Below are positions 51,901 through 64,000 of a stretch of 64,000 nt of DNA, in pieces. The DNA lies in contig MU008167.1 in the NCBI GenBank assembly GCA_010909165.1, forward strand, positions 992,001 to 1,056,000. Reading direction: 5' to 3'. Each line of letters opens with the position of its first letter. Position 1 is the first letter of the stretch. Both the position numbers and the translations under genes were made by a program. This DNA comes from Anthoceros angustus. Lineage: Eukaryota; Plantae; Anthocerotophyta. Under the pieces are notes generated by a model. That model was not told the origin of the DNA. It did not search any database and saw nothing but the letters and a program-made list of their open reading frames with translations.

Positions 51901-52172
51901 CCATCCACAAACCCCATGCCAAATCCACAAAACAGCAATCTCTAACCTAATCCCAATTGCACACAATCCACACGCAAGGTCCAGAAAGCCACTAACGTCG
52001 ATAGCCGAAGGACGTCACACAAGGACGCTGCAGGCAAGAGCTGCAGTGGAGCAGACGCGGCACGCCAACCTCCAGCCCTGGTGCTCACCCGCAGTCTGGA
52101 GATGCGAGAGCCAGCCACGGCAGCGGCTACTGAGCCACGCAACCGCAGCCTGCGAGCCACGCCGATCATCAT
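48955..52172 (-). CDS. hslU: ATP-dependent protease ATPase subunit HslU/ClpY, with organellar presequence (multi-exon)
   Basis: [126 protein letters not shown]. Confidence 0.95.
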
Positions 52173-52964
52173 TTTCCCCAATCTGATCCCTGTCTTGCTC
52201 CGCAGGTCCGCCTCCAAGCCTATCACAGCCTACTACATCCAACGTCCCACGGCACCGACTCCTCTGCACTGATCTGCATGCGCCCGGGGATGGAATTGGC
52301 CCTGGCGACCTAACCGGGGCAGCAAGGCGGATGTGCGCAAATTGCGCACTCGAGGTAACACGGAATTCCTGCACGCAATCTACCACCTCTGCTGCCGCAG
52401 CAAAAATCTCCAGATTGCACAAAGCCGAGCCTTCAGGCGGGCTACGCCCGGTGGACACTGGAGGTAGACTCAAATTCTTAGCTTAATCCACCAGCGACCC
52501 AGCGCCCTGCTGAGATCCGGGACAACGCGCAGCGAACTTTCGTGGCTCGCCGCTTGCCACTGCCTACAGTATCAGCTTTTATGTATCGCGCTTTTTCTCA
52601 GCCAGTACGAAAGCTGGAAAGGTTGCAGAACTTACAGGCGGACGGTGACGTCGTGGACCTACAGCGTTGCCATGCGGACGCTTGCCAAAGTGCGTTGGAA
52701 GCGGGTTGAGATTTGGGAGGTTTTGAAGCTCCAATTATGATGCATATTCGAAACAAAAATATCAGCTGCTCGTAAAAAATGGTAGGTTATAAGAGCTGCT
52801 CGTAGTTAATTCTGTGCTTTATTGGAAGGGATATGTGTTAGGTACAAGAGATTGAGAGATAACCATCCACACGAAATCAAATCAATTCGGTAGTGTGAAC
52901 GATAAATCCCCTCTAGAGTACCTGTTGGAGGGATCCATTTTCCAATATCACGAACACCTCACAC

Positions 52965-53263
52965 GAGAAGATCCATGTAGCTTTACAAGATATCTTGGTT
53001 AGAATAGTATTGTAGGCACACTCTGAGAAGATCCATGCAGTTTTACTAGATATCTTGGTTAGAATAGTGTAGTAGGCACACTCAGAAGATCCATGCAGCA
53101 TTACTAGATATCTTGGTTAGAAAGGTATAGTAGGCACACTCTGAGGGGATCCATGCAACTTTACTAGATATCTTGGTTAGAATGGTATAGTAGGCACACT
53201 TTGAGAAGATCCAGACAGCTTTACTAGTTATCTTGGTTAGAATGATACAGTAGGCACACTCTG
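52965..53263. repeat. Minisatellite, ~60-bp unit, 5 copies
   Basis: GAGAAGATCCATGCAG.TTTACTAGATATCTTGGTTAGAAT.GT..AGTAGGCACACTCT repeated head to tail. Confidence 0.92.
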
Positions 53264-53722
53264 TATCAGGATATTTCTTCATGTCTTTGAAAGAAATAGT
53301 TTCAATAAGGACACATGAAATATATTGGATACAAAAATTCGTTTGAACAATTGGAGCTTGTCAGCCACTTCTCCAATGCGCTTCAAAATTTACAAAACAC
53401 TGTCTTGTTTCTCTTTGAAAGAAATGGTTTCAATAAAGACATATGAAATATATTACATATAAAAATTCATTCGAACAATTGGAGCTTGTAAGCCACTTCT
53501 CCAATGCGCTTCAAAATTTACAAAACACCGTCACATCTGGATGGAACGTTAGATATTTTAGTATGAATGGTATGTTAGGCATAACCTGAATCAGGATATT
53601 TCTTCATTCCATACCCTCTTCCTCTTGGTTTCGATAGAGACACATTGGATACATAAATTCATTTAGACAATTGGAACGTGTAAGCCACTCCTCCAATGCG
53701 CTTCAAAAATTACAAAACACCC
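53264..53722. repeat. Degenerate direct repeats (~130-160 bp), 3 copies
   Basis: ACAATTGGA.C.TGT.AGCCACT.CTCCAATGCGCTTCAAAA.TTACAAAACAC at ~53348, ~53477 and ~53668. Confidence 0.8.
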
Positions 53723-54126
53723 TCCACACCGCGGTGCAAGGTTGAGGTGTGGAGGGAATACTGGCCCAAGTGTGGATGGTTTTTTTGTGATAGACCGTAG
53801 GGTAAGAGACAATTTTGATGATAATCTCAAATACTTTTAATTTTAATCACACCTTGTTCCCTACATTAAAAGGTAGTTTATCTCCTATATGGCATCATTC
53901 TTTTTTTCTATAGGATTGAGCCCTGGCTAAAATTCCTTTGGCAATCTCAAACCTAACTTCAACGATCAAACTTGATCGTAATTATCCCTGTGAATCAGCT
54001 TTCAAGGATAATGATACTCAAGGTCAGACTTATCCTAGTGCATCTTAGGTTTCTAATGACTACGTAGTATTAGCTGTAACTAAGATCGACCAAACACACT
54101 TGAAAATTATGGCCTCGCACACTAGA

Positions 54127-54250
54127 TGGCCTACTAGGGGTAATCAATATGTCACTCTCGAGAACGCAAGTCTCTACAAAAGATTACTTGTGGCCTACTA
54201 GGGGTAATCTATATACCACTCTCGAGAATGCAAATCGCTATAACAAAAGA
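54127..54250. repeat. Two-copy 64-bp direct repeat
   Basis: TGGCCTACTAGGGGTAATC...CACTCTCGAGAA at 54127 and 54191. Confidence 0.75.
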
Positions 54251-54344
54251 CTTTAAATTACTTGAACGGTGGGAAGAGAACTCCTATGAGGCCACACCAC
54301 CACTTGGTTACATTTCTCTACGGTTTGAGGGATGAAGATCACAA

Positions 54345-54570
54345 ACTCTGGGCCTTATGACAAAACTTGTCAAAACATTCTCCCGGGAAGGAGACTGGGT
54401 TGTTGATGCTTCTGCAGGGGGCAGCATGACAAAATTGGCAGCATTATTGAGTGGCTAGAACTATATTGCGATTGAAGCCGATTTGAGGTGCGCGGGTACA
54501 TTGAACAACGCATACATGGTGTACAAGTCCTACCAGACGTAGAGGAAGAGCTAACGTTCGAGCCGCATCA
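54345..54570 (+). pseudogene. Second remnant of the amino-methyltransferase C-terminal (SAM-binding) region
   Basis: LGLMTKLVKTFSREGDWVVDASAG...LAALLSG*NYIAIEADLRCAG/YIEQRIHGV.VLPDVEEELTFEPH, collinear with 29556-29790. Confidence 0.85.
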
Positions 54571-54896
54571 ATGCCTCGTGAGAGGCTTTTTAGAAAGTTG
54601 CATATACATATGGTAACCCGTAATATAATCTGAATAAAGTATATAGTGTTGTTCAATATAATAATAGGATTTTATTCTAATTCTTTTTACCCTCATAAGA
54701 TTTAAGGTTTTGGGTTGATGATTTAGAATTTAGGATTGATGTGTCCTCCATACACACCAAAACATGAAGAAAGTTTTATCACATTTTTTAGGATGGGAGT
54801 TGTGCCGATGTTTGTTGAAATTCAATTAAATTAAAATTCTTTGAGTGAATTGGGGATGAGAATCCCACTTGCTTAGTCCAAATAGAAGAAGAAGAA

Positions 54897-55298
54897 GAAG
54901 AATTTTATTGAAGTCCACTAAGGACGGATTTCCGTCTGGAACTTGGTACTTAACAACTTGTACCATGGTGTGCCCCTAAGGTACTTGCACCAAGGGCATC
55001 CACTCTCTTCAAGCACCCCATCTAAGTACCGATCTAAGTGCAGGATGCTTAATCACTATGTTATAAATGTGTGTCCATTTGGCCTAAGCCATTTGGACCA
55101 AATAGCTTAGGCCAAATGGACACACATTTGTAAGAACCTCGTGATTAAGGATCCTGAGTTTAGATCGGTACTTGGATGGGGTACTTAAAGGGAGTGATGC
55201 CCTTGGTGCAAGTAGCTTAGGCACACCATGGTACAAGTTGCTAAGTACCAAGTCCCATGACGGAAATCCGTCCTTAGTGGACTTAAATAAAATTCTTC
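54897..55298. repeat. ~400-bp fold-back (long imperfect inverted repeat), MITE-like
   Basis: GAAGAATTTTATTGAAGTCCACTAAGGACGGATTTCCGTC pairs with GACGGAAATCCGTCCTTAGTGGACTTAAATAAAATTCTTC; pairing continues to the centre at ~55100. Confidence 0.9.
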
Positions 55299-55599
55299 AT
55301 TCTTCTTAGTTTTGTAAATCGTCATACGGGTATGTGATATGCGCCGATTTCCCATCTGCGATGCATAGATCCCACACCTTATTGTGCTGTGTGTGGTGGA
55401 TGGTTGTTCATCCCTGTCGCATGATAAAGAGCTCGCGATCTATTCAGCTTTGTAATTTGATGGTGTTTTGTGAACTGTGTGTGTGGGCAGGCGACGAGGA
55501 TATCCTGGCAGATAACGCTGCCACTTTCCTCTGAAGTCTGGTCAGTCCAGGCGGGGGGAACGGAGAGGCAAGGTGAGCCACGATCGCGTCGTAGTGGCT

Positions 55600-56836
55600 A
55601 TGGCGCCTCTTCCGCCACCGTCCTGCTCTGAGTCCTGGTCGCCAGCCGCGTCTGCATCGTCCGCGTCCGAATGCGGGTCGGAGAATGTCGGCAGATGGCC
55701 GCTGGAGGTGCGCTACAACGGAGGAGTGATCCGCGTGTTGCACCAGGCGCAAGCCCGGGGCCTGCCGCCGCTGCCGTCCGCGCTGCACGGCCTGCTGCGA
55801 GGTCACGGCCGCGCGCTGGCGGCGCGCCTGGCGGAGCTGCAACAGGGAGCTGAGCAGGCCATTTGCAAGGTCCAGGCTGCGGTGGACAGCGCCGTGTGCA
55901 AAGCCGTCACTTCCTGGTTCCAGCTGCCTGCCAACGCGGTGCGGCAGCAGGCAAGCTTCCTCCAGCCTGCTTTGCATCAAAGGATTGGATTGTCGTCTCT
56001 ACAGCTGCGAGGGATTCTTGCCATTTTCAGAGTGCTGTGTTTTGCTTTCCTTCGCTCCTTGAGCAGGGACGAGAGTGAGCTTTTTCCGGATGGTGTGATT
56101 TCGAGCTCCTGTGCGCAATGTCGGAGTGTGTGATGTCGTCTTGGCGAATTTTGCGTTCTAAGCGTTGCTTCGCCTCGCTGGCTTTCTTTGAGTGATGGTT
56201 TGTGGAAGGTTTTTAAATCTTCGCGTGTGCAGAGGGGGAAGGTTGCCAGCGGGAAGTCGTGCTCCTTGAGAGCGCACAATTTTGCAGCCATTATTCCGGG
56301 AGATTCAGTTGCGGAAGTGGTGGTCACGAGCAGCATCTTCAACTTCTTGAACATCTACAATACGCTGCTCATCACTCGTCTTGTCCTCACGTGGTTTCCA
56401 AATCCTCCCGAAGCCATAGCGAATCCCCTCAGGTCAGTTAGCCTTTGTGCTAGTGCTTGGGACGGAACAAGTACCATTGCTGGAGACGGAGCAAGTACCA
56501 TTGCTTGGGACGAAACACTTTCTGACACCGTGTTGTTGTGATTGCAGCACGATATGTGACCCCTACCTGAACCTCTTTCGTGGCATTATTCCTCCGCTGG
56601 GGGGTACCCTCGATCTTTCACCGATTCTGGCTTTCCTGGTTCTCAATGTTTTCACAAATACGGCTTCGGCCCTTCCGGCCGAGCTGCCAAGAGATGGCAG
56701 CAATGCTGGTCCTGGTGCGACTGCCTTCACAGATACCGCTGCAGAGGGAACCACATGGAGACAGCGGGCATACTCGAAGAAGGCAGGGATTCTTAGAAAG
56801 CAGGTTATCGCTGCTGATAAGGAAAAAAGTAGGTGA
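55600..56836 (+). CDS. YLMG2: YGGT/YlmG family plastid membrane protein (YLMG2-like)
   Basis: FAAIIPGDSVAEVVV...NFLNIYNTLLITRLVLTWFPNPP and TICDPYLNLFRGIIPPLGGTLDLSPILAFLVLN; 5' exon structure uncertain. Confidence 0.88.
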
Positions 56837-57033
56837 AGAGTTAGAGGTAGGTCAAGAGTTAGGGAATCACGACATCCTTTTACCTTTTGTTTTGTGCCTT
56901 GATGTATTCAAATGTACCTTCCCAAGGATTTCGCCTGTTCTCGCACCGATACGTGAAAGGTACTGGGCGCTCTGCTTTAGTCTATCTCAGTGGCAAACTC
57001 AAGTGTCCCTCTTTAATTCACTCAAAAAACTTC

Positions 57034-60000
57034 TTACACTTGAATCACTGCATATCGGTCCGAAAAGTCATGTCCTTTCTGCTTCTGGAACTGAATGTAG
57101 CGCTGAGTGTTGTTAAAGAACGCATCTACCATCGGATCCTTGGTTGCGTTCTCACTTTGCATCTCCGTCACAATCAGCTCTATAAGGCCCTGAATGATAC
57201 TGCTCGTCACTTGTGGGTTGCCTTTCTCGTAATAGTACATGTACCTAGCAAATTTTGCGGGAAGCCAATGTCAGACAATTGCTCGGTTTGCACGCATCCT
57301 GCAGACAGAAGTGAAATCCAAGGGCTCTTACTTGTTGAGAATCTCGACAAACAAAGTCATCGGACCGTTGCTGCCTCTGGTAGCACTCGACATTTGTTGT
57401 GCAGCGTTTGCAATTCTCAGAGCCCTCTTCAGGCACAGTAGCACCCTGAAGAAACACCACATCAGTTTTCACCTCTGTGCGGGGCAAGCAGAGTCTGCAG
57501 GAAAACCTTGTAGGAACGCTAGACGAACCAATACCTTTCGCCATCCTTTGTGCCACCTTCATCCTCGACCCAAAACAAGTGAGAGCATGCAAAAACTGCT
57601 CTACATTGGTCTGGCTTCTTTAAAAGCTTGGCAGAATACTGGAGGAAGTGCAGCGTGTTAGCTCTGCAAATCATTGTCCAAGTCTAAATAGACATGTACT
57701 CCTTGGGTATGAGAACTCACCCCCGTGGCCTTATGGGTTAGCGTGTCCCTATTCTCTACACCAAAAACGTTAGTTCTCTGCAGAGTACCGATAATCAACT
57801 GGATTGCCGTCACTTGAGCCTTTGAGTCCTGAATAGTCCAAATTCAGCAAGAGCGCCTGTTACAAGGTCGTAGCTGAACAAAAAGCACCTTACATAAAGT
57901 GCAACAAAGAACTCTGAAGCAGCCTCAAAAAGGTTGTATTCCAATATGCCATTATTGTAGCTCACCGCAATCTCTTCTTCGTAGATCATGAAGGCCTGAG
58001 TGAAGAACTCGTAGGCGACAGGTTCTAGGAAGCAGTCATTCGCGGCCTGTTCCAGAGAAAAACAGATACGTTCATAACCATAAACCCTAGTATCAATCAC
58101 AATAGGGAATCCAACAAAGCTGGCAGGGAATTTCGAACCTCAGCACACTGAAGGTAAAGCCGGAGGGCAAGTTCAGGTGTGGGCACCACTGCAAGGTCCT
58201 CGACTGTCTGTACACAAGCAAATATATACAAATGCTTCAGAGAAGCACAACTAGTTTAATGCAATCATACAACCAAAAATGCAACTACAGGTAGCTGGGA
58301 TGCCCAAAACAAGCTAAGTGACCACCTGATGCAAAAATTGAAAGATTTTATTTGATGACACTGAAGTTTGCTCTGTGGCAGCCTGGCTCTGAACGGACCT
58401 GACAAGCTGCACACAAACCAGCCAACCTCACACCATAAAACCTCGCAGCATATAAACCCCATAGCTGATCTTTGACAAATGAAGCCTCCTCCCTGTAACC
58501 ATAAAGCCTCCAGTTGCAGGCCAGGCTATTCCAAGACAAGCCGCACCTTCAAGGCTGCAAAAATGAGGGGGGGCAGGGTAAATTCTCTCCGCTTTGGACC
58601 ACCTTGACTGAAATGCTTCCTGGCAGTGTTGAGGATCTGGCACATGCAATTCAAGCAAAACTCACATCAGGACCTACAAATGCCCAAAGCACAGTCTGCT
58701 GTAGTCCATACACAGAACAGACATTTAAGAATCAGGCAAGTAATGTGAAAGACAAAGTTGAAAATGCAAGACACCAGTCCGGACCACTTACTTTGAACAT
58801 CTCACCAACGTCTTCATTGACAAGCATGTGAACCAATCGAGCCACTAGATTTTGCTCCTCCTTGAAATCTTCTTCATCCAACTACCACAAAAAAGTCAAA
58901 ATATGAGTTGAACCTCCTGACATATCAGACGCAGTGAACCGTCATGCGACATTTGGGCAAGACAAAAGCGACAAAAAAACTCACTGCTTACTTCTTCAAC
59001 TGCAGGGGCACCTTCACCGTCTTTGATTAATTCCTTCAAAAGTTCAAAAAGCGCTTCAACCTGCCAAGGAGCAACAGACATTGACACCAAAATTAATTAG
59101 CACCCAGACCTCCATCAAGGGGAAAGATTATCATTCAATCATAGTCTCACACCTTTTCAGCTGACGTGATGATAGTGTTGTTTTTCATTATACTTTGGAT
59201 GATGACAACAGCCATGACCTTGTTCGTGTCATAACTCAGATGCTCCATAATGCGAGGGTAGTTGGTTAGCTTCAAAACTGTGACTACATCATTGTACTTC
59301 TCCAATGGTGCAGACAGAAGGGCAACAATCTGCTTTGTTGCCTTGATATCTTTCACCTTCCCTTTCCCTTCAAGCTTCTTTACACAAGCTCCCTGAAAGG
59401 CGCCAAACAGAAATGTCAAACAAACTATTGTGCAAACAAAGTGGGACCAACTGGTGCACAACACGAGAGCAATGAAGAAGCTACAGTACCAGCACTTGAT
59501 CTACATAATCAAGCCGATCAATGTGGACCCGGAGAGTGAACGTCAGAAGAGCAACATGGAGACTGACAGCTCCAACCAGTGGCATATCGGGTTGTGCCTC
59601 AATAACCTACAAATATCGCATACATGATGAAGTGTCAGAAAGCTAAAGCTACGGTCACCCTTACCAACATCTTCATTCAAAATCCTGCTCAGCAGCCTTC
59701 ACAATGTACCCACCAGCATTTGGGGGCCAGGTACACCTCAATTATCACCTCAAAAACCTAACTAGGTGATCCATTGAAGGACGAACCTTAACAACAGCAT
59801 GGCTTAGCTTGGTGAAAGCCTCCACCTGCAGGAATTCTGGTAGCACCTGCCCAATGTATTCTTTCCCGTGAGAATTCCACCAGGCCAGCGAAAGTGTAAA
59901 AGGAGCCCAAAAGAAAACCTGAGTACCTCCGGTGAAGATACAGCATAGTTTGAGAGCCGTTCCATCAGCTGTGACATGACAGTCTTGATATCCACACTTG

Positions 60001-62328
60001 GCTGATACAAACACAAAATAACACAACTGAGCTTACCCAACGAAACGTAACATTGCCTGGGAACAGAATGAGCCACGAAAGTGGTTACTGTAACCAGCAT
60101 TAGAAATCAACCTGCATAAGTTGAGGATCACTTACTGACCTGAAGTTGAGGGCAAGCTCCTAGCAGGGTTTCTAAAGTCTGAAGATGGAAGTCATCTGGG
60201 AAAACTTGAATGATGCAATCCATCAGGTAGTACTGAGCAAGCTCATCCTTGCAGTTGACTACCTGCACAAGCCTCACACAAGTTTGTTCAATGCAACCAT
60301 GTACTACATGTGACTGCCTGGTTTAGCTTAGCCATACACTGTCTAAGACTGCTCAGAATCTTCACCTGCTCAAGAACACGAGGTAGCACAACATCCTTGT
60401 ACATCTCCAGATCCACCCCTTCCAGTTGACTTAAGACATGCAGATTTTTACCAACCTGCATGACTAGAAAGCTAGTTTTAATTTTTGGAGCACATCACCT
60501 TGTCCATCTTCTGCCGTGCTTGCAAAACTGGAAGCAAACATCCTTCCTGTATGACGCGCTCTTACCAAGTCACGCAGCTCACTTCTTTCCTTCTCCCGTT
60601 TGTCCTTCTCCCGAGCAGGTCCCTGCAGACCAGAAAATTTCTCATGAAGTAGCTTGGCACGACAGCATCACCTGACCTCACGTATCTCTCACAAGCACTC
60701 CTGCATGAGCACGACTACTGTTTAGAAATGCCTCAACTAGCTAAGTCAGTCAGGTCCTGCACAAGCATGAAGACATTAGAAAAGTGTACCTGATGCTGCA
60801 TCCGGACCCAGAGCTTATTCATTTCAGTGAAATTTTGCAAAACGAACTCCACTGCGTCCATCACAGTCCCACCCTCCCTACAGACAGGAGTCAGGTCAGC
60901 AGGGGCCACAGACATGTCACGACAATGCTCAAGTTTACAAGAACCGAGGTGTTCATGGCATTGCAAAATTGTTCCAGTGAAAAAGAAGCTCAACCATACC
61001 CTTACTATCAGAGCCAATATCAGCCAGTTTGTGCCCGCTAATGTGAGACAGCAAGCTTAAAAAATGGATACTTACCCTTCATATTCAGAGCCAACATCAG
61101 GAAGTTTGTCCCTGCTGATTTGAGACAGATAGCTCCGCAAAAACAGTCCTCGAATAGGGTGTTGAACACCACGGCTCATTTCCACTAGGTCCCTCAGCAC
61201 ATCTTTTGCAGGGGCCTCCTTAGACTTGATATACACTGAACCAACTGTACAAAGTAGGTACCTATATATGTAGACTCATGGTTAACTATGAAGACAGTTT
61301 TGTCAAAAGACCCTCCCATGCCCTACATTTGGGAAACTCTTGCAGCAGCTGGTGCATTCAGCCAGAAAACAAAGACTTACAGGCGTGGCAGTATATTGCC
61401 AGCATGTTGTACAAGTTCATACAGATCGGCATTTGTCCGGCCCCTCTTGGTCTCCTCTTTGAAAAAGACCTCCAGCTGTCGTAGTTCATCGAAAGTTCTC
61501 ATATCTGTGCTGGTTAAGGGCAAGCTTATGTTCTAGCTCCAACACTGAAAACTCATGGCCTGTCGAAAAGAAACACAGAAGGATACAAAGCTCGTAGTAC
61601 TTTTGAGGGGACAATTTTGACGTCCTCAACTCTGACAACATCTGAGCAGAAAATTTAAGGGCATCTCGGAGATTGTTGGCATCCTGCATTACCCACAAGG
61701 ACATATCGGAAAGCACCAGATCTAGTCAGGCGAACTCATCAACAGAACCATCTTCAGTCGTCATGAATGGAATCGGGAACCAACAAGTCACAGAATGAAG
61801 GACAAATTAAGTCAAGGGGAAAAAAACCCTGCCACCCGCCTATCCACACTGGCACGCTATGAACAAGACAGCATAAAATTGCATACAAGCTGGCCACACG
61901 AGAAGGGACCGGAAACCCGCACAGCGTAAAGGCAAGAAGAGTTAGCTCAGAATTTGCACATGAAGCCGGATCCTCCCTAACACATCCTTACCTGACCTAA
62001 CAGAGTCCATGCGTCACGGCTAATGGGACAACGGAAGTCCTTTTTCACTGCGCTGCATTTTCATGCAAACCAAAACTGGCCTTCGAAAGCATCAAAAAAT
62101 TTTCCATCCAGGTCAACCGAACTTCACAGTCCCAATACGACGCAAAACAATTCCCATTCCCTTTCCCGAAAACACATCCGAAGGCAAGCCAAAGCTGAAT
62201 CCAGACACATGAGCCAAAGAACGGACCAGGGCTCGGTGCATGAAGAAGGCATGGTGCTGCACGAGCGCCATGGCGTCAGCCAACCATTTCTCCTGCTCCT
62301 CCCCACTGGTGGACGTATCGTGCTGCAT
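57034..62328 (-). CDS. VPS35: Vacuolar protein sorting-associated protein 35 (retromer), multi-exon
   Basis: [119 protein letters not shown]. Confidence 0.95.
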
Positions 62329-63285
62329 CCTGCACCTGGAGGCGGTCTCCGCCCCGCACACACACGCCGCAAAATTTTTCTGCTCGCCACACCAAAAGTT
62401 TGTGCTAAGCCTAAAACAACATACGATTTATCCCCCCACACTTTCCATCCCAAGATCGCGCCATTTCAAATTCCGGCCACACGAGCTCCCGCATCTTCCC
62501 CTCCTCACAGGCACAATTCCCCGCAGCGTGGAGCTCCAATTCTGCAGCGGGCTCCTGTGCTGCAGCCTTTCCTCATCACTGCGCCAATCCGGGCCAGAAA
62601 AAATGCTGCAAGCAAATGACGGTGAGAACAGAACCCAAATGCGCACCAATCCGGGAGGCCGGCGAAAGCCCAGATCCGGCTCTGCCGCGCAATCGACGGG
62701 AGGAAAGCAAGGGGACTGACCAGCGACGAAGAATGAGGGGCGGGACGGCGTGTGACGGAGAGTGGGCTGAGCTGTGACGCCCGGCGCAACGGGATCAGGA
62801 CCCGGGCCCCAGCCCGACCCGTGAAAGCCTTTTCACGGCGTCTATGTGGACGGCGTTTAAATTACGAACAGCTTGGCGGCAAGCACGATTCAAATACATA
62901 GGATCTGGCTTTGTGTGGTCAGGCCCGGAGTTGAGGCTGAGGCTCACAGATCTGGTCTTTGGCCCTCCTGCCTTACGCTTTTCACGCTCCAGTGAAGCCG
63001 TGCTCTTCGAAGCCCTAGAGATCGTGAGGCGGTTTGGTGTTGGAGCGGAGCTGCTGGCGAACAAGGGAGTGGTGGAATTTGTGGCGGTGTGATGTGATTC
63101 TTTTGAGGAGGGATTGGGAGCGGGATTGATCTCTAAAGTGTCAGTGATGAATTCCTCCACTTCTCATCTCGAGAATGTACGGAGCTCTGTTTCCTTTGTT
63201 GTTTTGCTGAGATGAGCTCAATGTGGTGTTGACAGCAGCATTTGAAGTATATTGTGCTGTTTCTCCTTCCTCCAAGCTGGCGGAG

Positions 63286-64000
63286 ATGGAGGAGCAGGCC
63301 GGCGTGGCTGCTGAGCAGCCACAGCACGGACCCTACCTTATCGAGCAGCTTCAGGTCAGGCCTGTCTTGCTGTTGCGATGTCTCGGGGCGGAGCTCGTTC
63401 GTGTGAGAGAGATTTGAAGATGGATTCTAATGTGGATTTGCAGACTGTAGGCATTGCAGCAGCGGATGTCAAAAAGCTCAAGGAATCGGGGCTCTGGACA
63501 GTCGAGGCTGTGGCTTATGCTCCAAAAAAGGATCTCATCAAAATCAAGGGATTGAGCGAAGCGAAAGTGGATAAGATCACCGAAGCTGGTGCGTCTAAGT
63601 GGTCGCTAGGTTGAGGGTGGGAGCCTTGAGTGGGGTCTTTAACCTGAAGCCTGCCTTTGCGACAGCTATCAAGCTCGTGCCGATGGGATTCACAAGTGCC
63701 GCTATGATGCATCAGCAACGGGGGGAAATGATTCAGGTTACATCAGGATCGAAGGACCTCGATAAGATCTTAGAAGGTGAGTTTTGTGTAAAAGGATGGA
63801 ACAGTTGGTGGCCTAGAATGTGAGTACCTATCCCGAACAAATCTGCATTGCTGTGGCAGGTGGTTTTGAGACGGGTGCAATCACAGAGATCTATGGCGAA
63901 TTCAGGACTGGAAAAACGCAATTATGTCACACCCTGTGCGTGACCTGTCAGGTTCGTTTTCATTCTGGTAGGAAAGGTGCAAGAAAGTGGATGCTTGTTA
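63286..64000 (+). CDS. RAD51: DNA recombinase RAD51, 5' part (runs off the window)
   Basis: GPYLIEQLQ|[83 protein letters not shown]. Confidence 0.94.

Noticed and set aside
53082-53282. ORF with repeated SECAYYTILTKISS
   Set aside because: It is a translation of the 60-bp minisatellite and the frame breaks between units.
55444-55980. Minus-strand 178-aa ORF (also 62023-62619 on the plus strand)
   Set aside because: Antisense shadows of the GC-rich YLMG2 and VPS35 first exons.
63286-64000. DMC1 instead of RAD51
   Set aside because: [22 protein letters not shown] and [11 protein letters not shown] match RAD51, not the DMC1 equivalents.

Overview
Eukaryotic, plant-type genomic DNA with spliceosomal GT-AG introns. 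The compact introns plus a nuclear hslU suggest a non-seed land plant (inference). The left two-thirds (1-42 kb) is a nested transposon landscape: two full-length Ty1/copia elements, one deleted copia, Ty3/gypsy-like remnants and an 11.5-kb CACTA element, surrounding one host gene (DCAF8-like WD40). The right third is gene-dense: SSRP1, GAPC, hslU, YLMG2, VPS35 and the 5' part of RAD51. The most unusual signal is a bacterial-type beta-class DNA amino-(N4C/N6A)-methyltransferase gene. It is only recognisable once the CACTA insertion that splits it (17806-29343) is removed. It lies about 0.4 kb from a DUF7869-like transposase fragment and has a second, diverged remnant at about 54.35-54.57 kb, which suggests a repeated, possibly transposon-borne MTase family. 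Several internal tandem duplications with indel-rich copies look like long-read assembly artefacts. All alignments and counts were done by eye, exon boundaries are partial, and no database searches were run.
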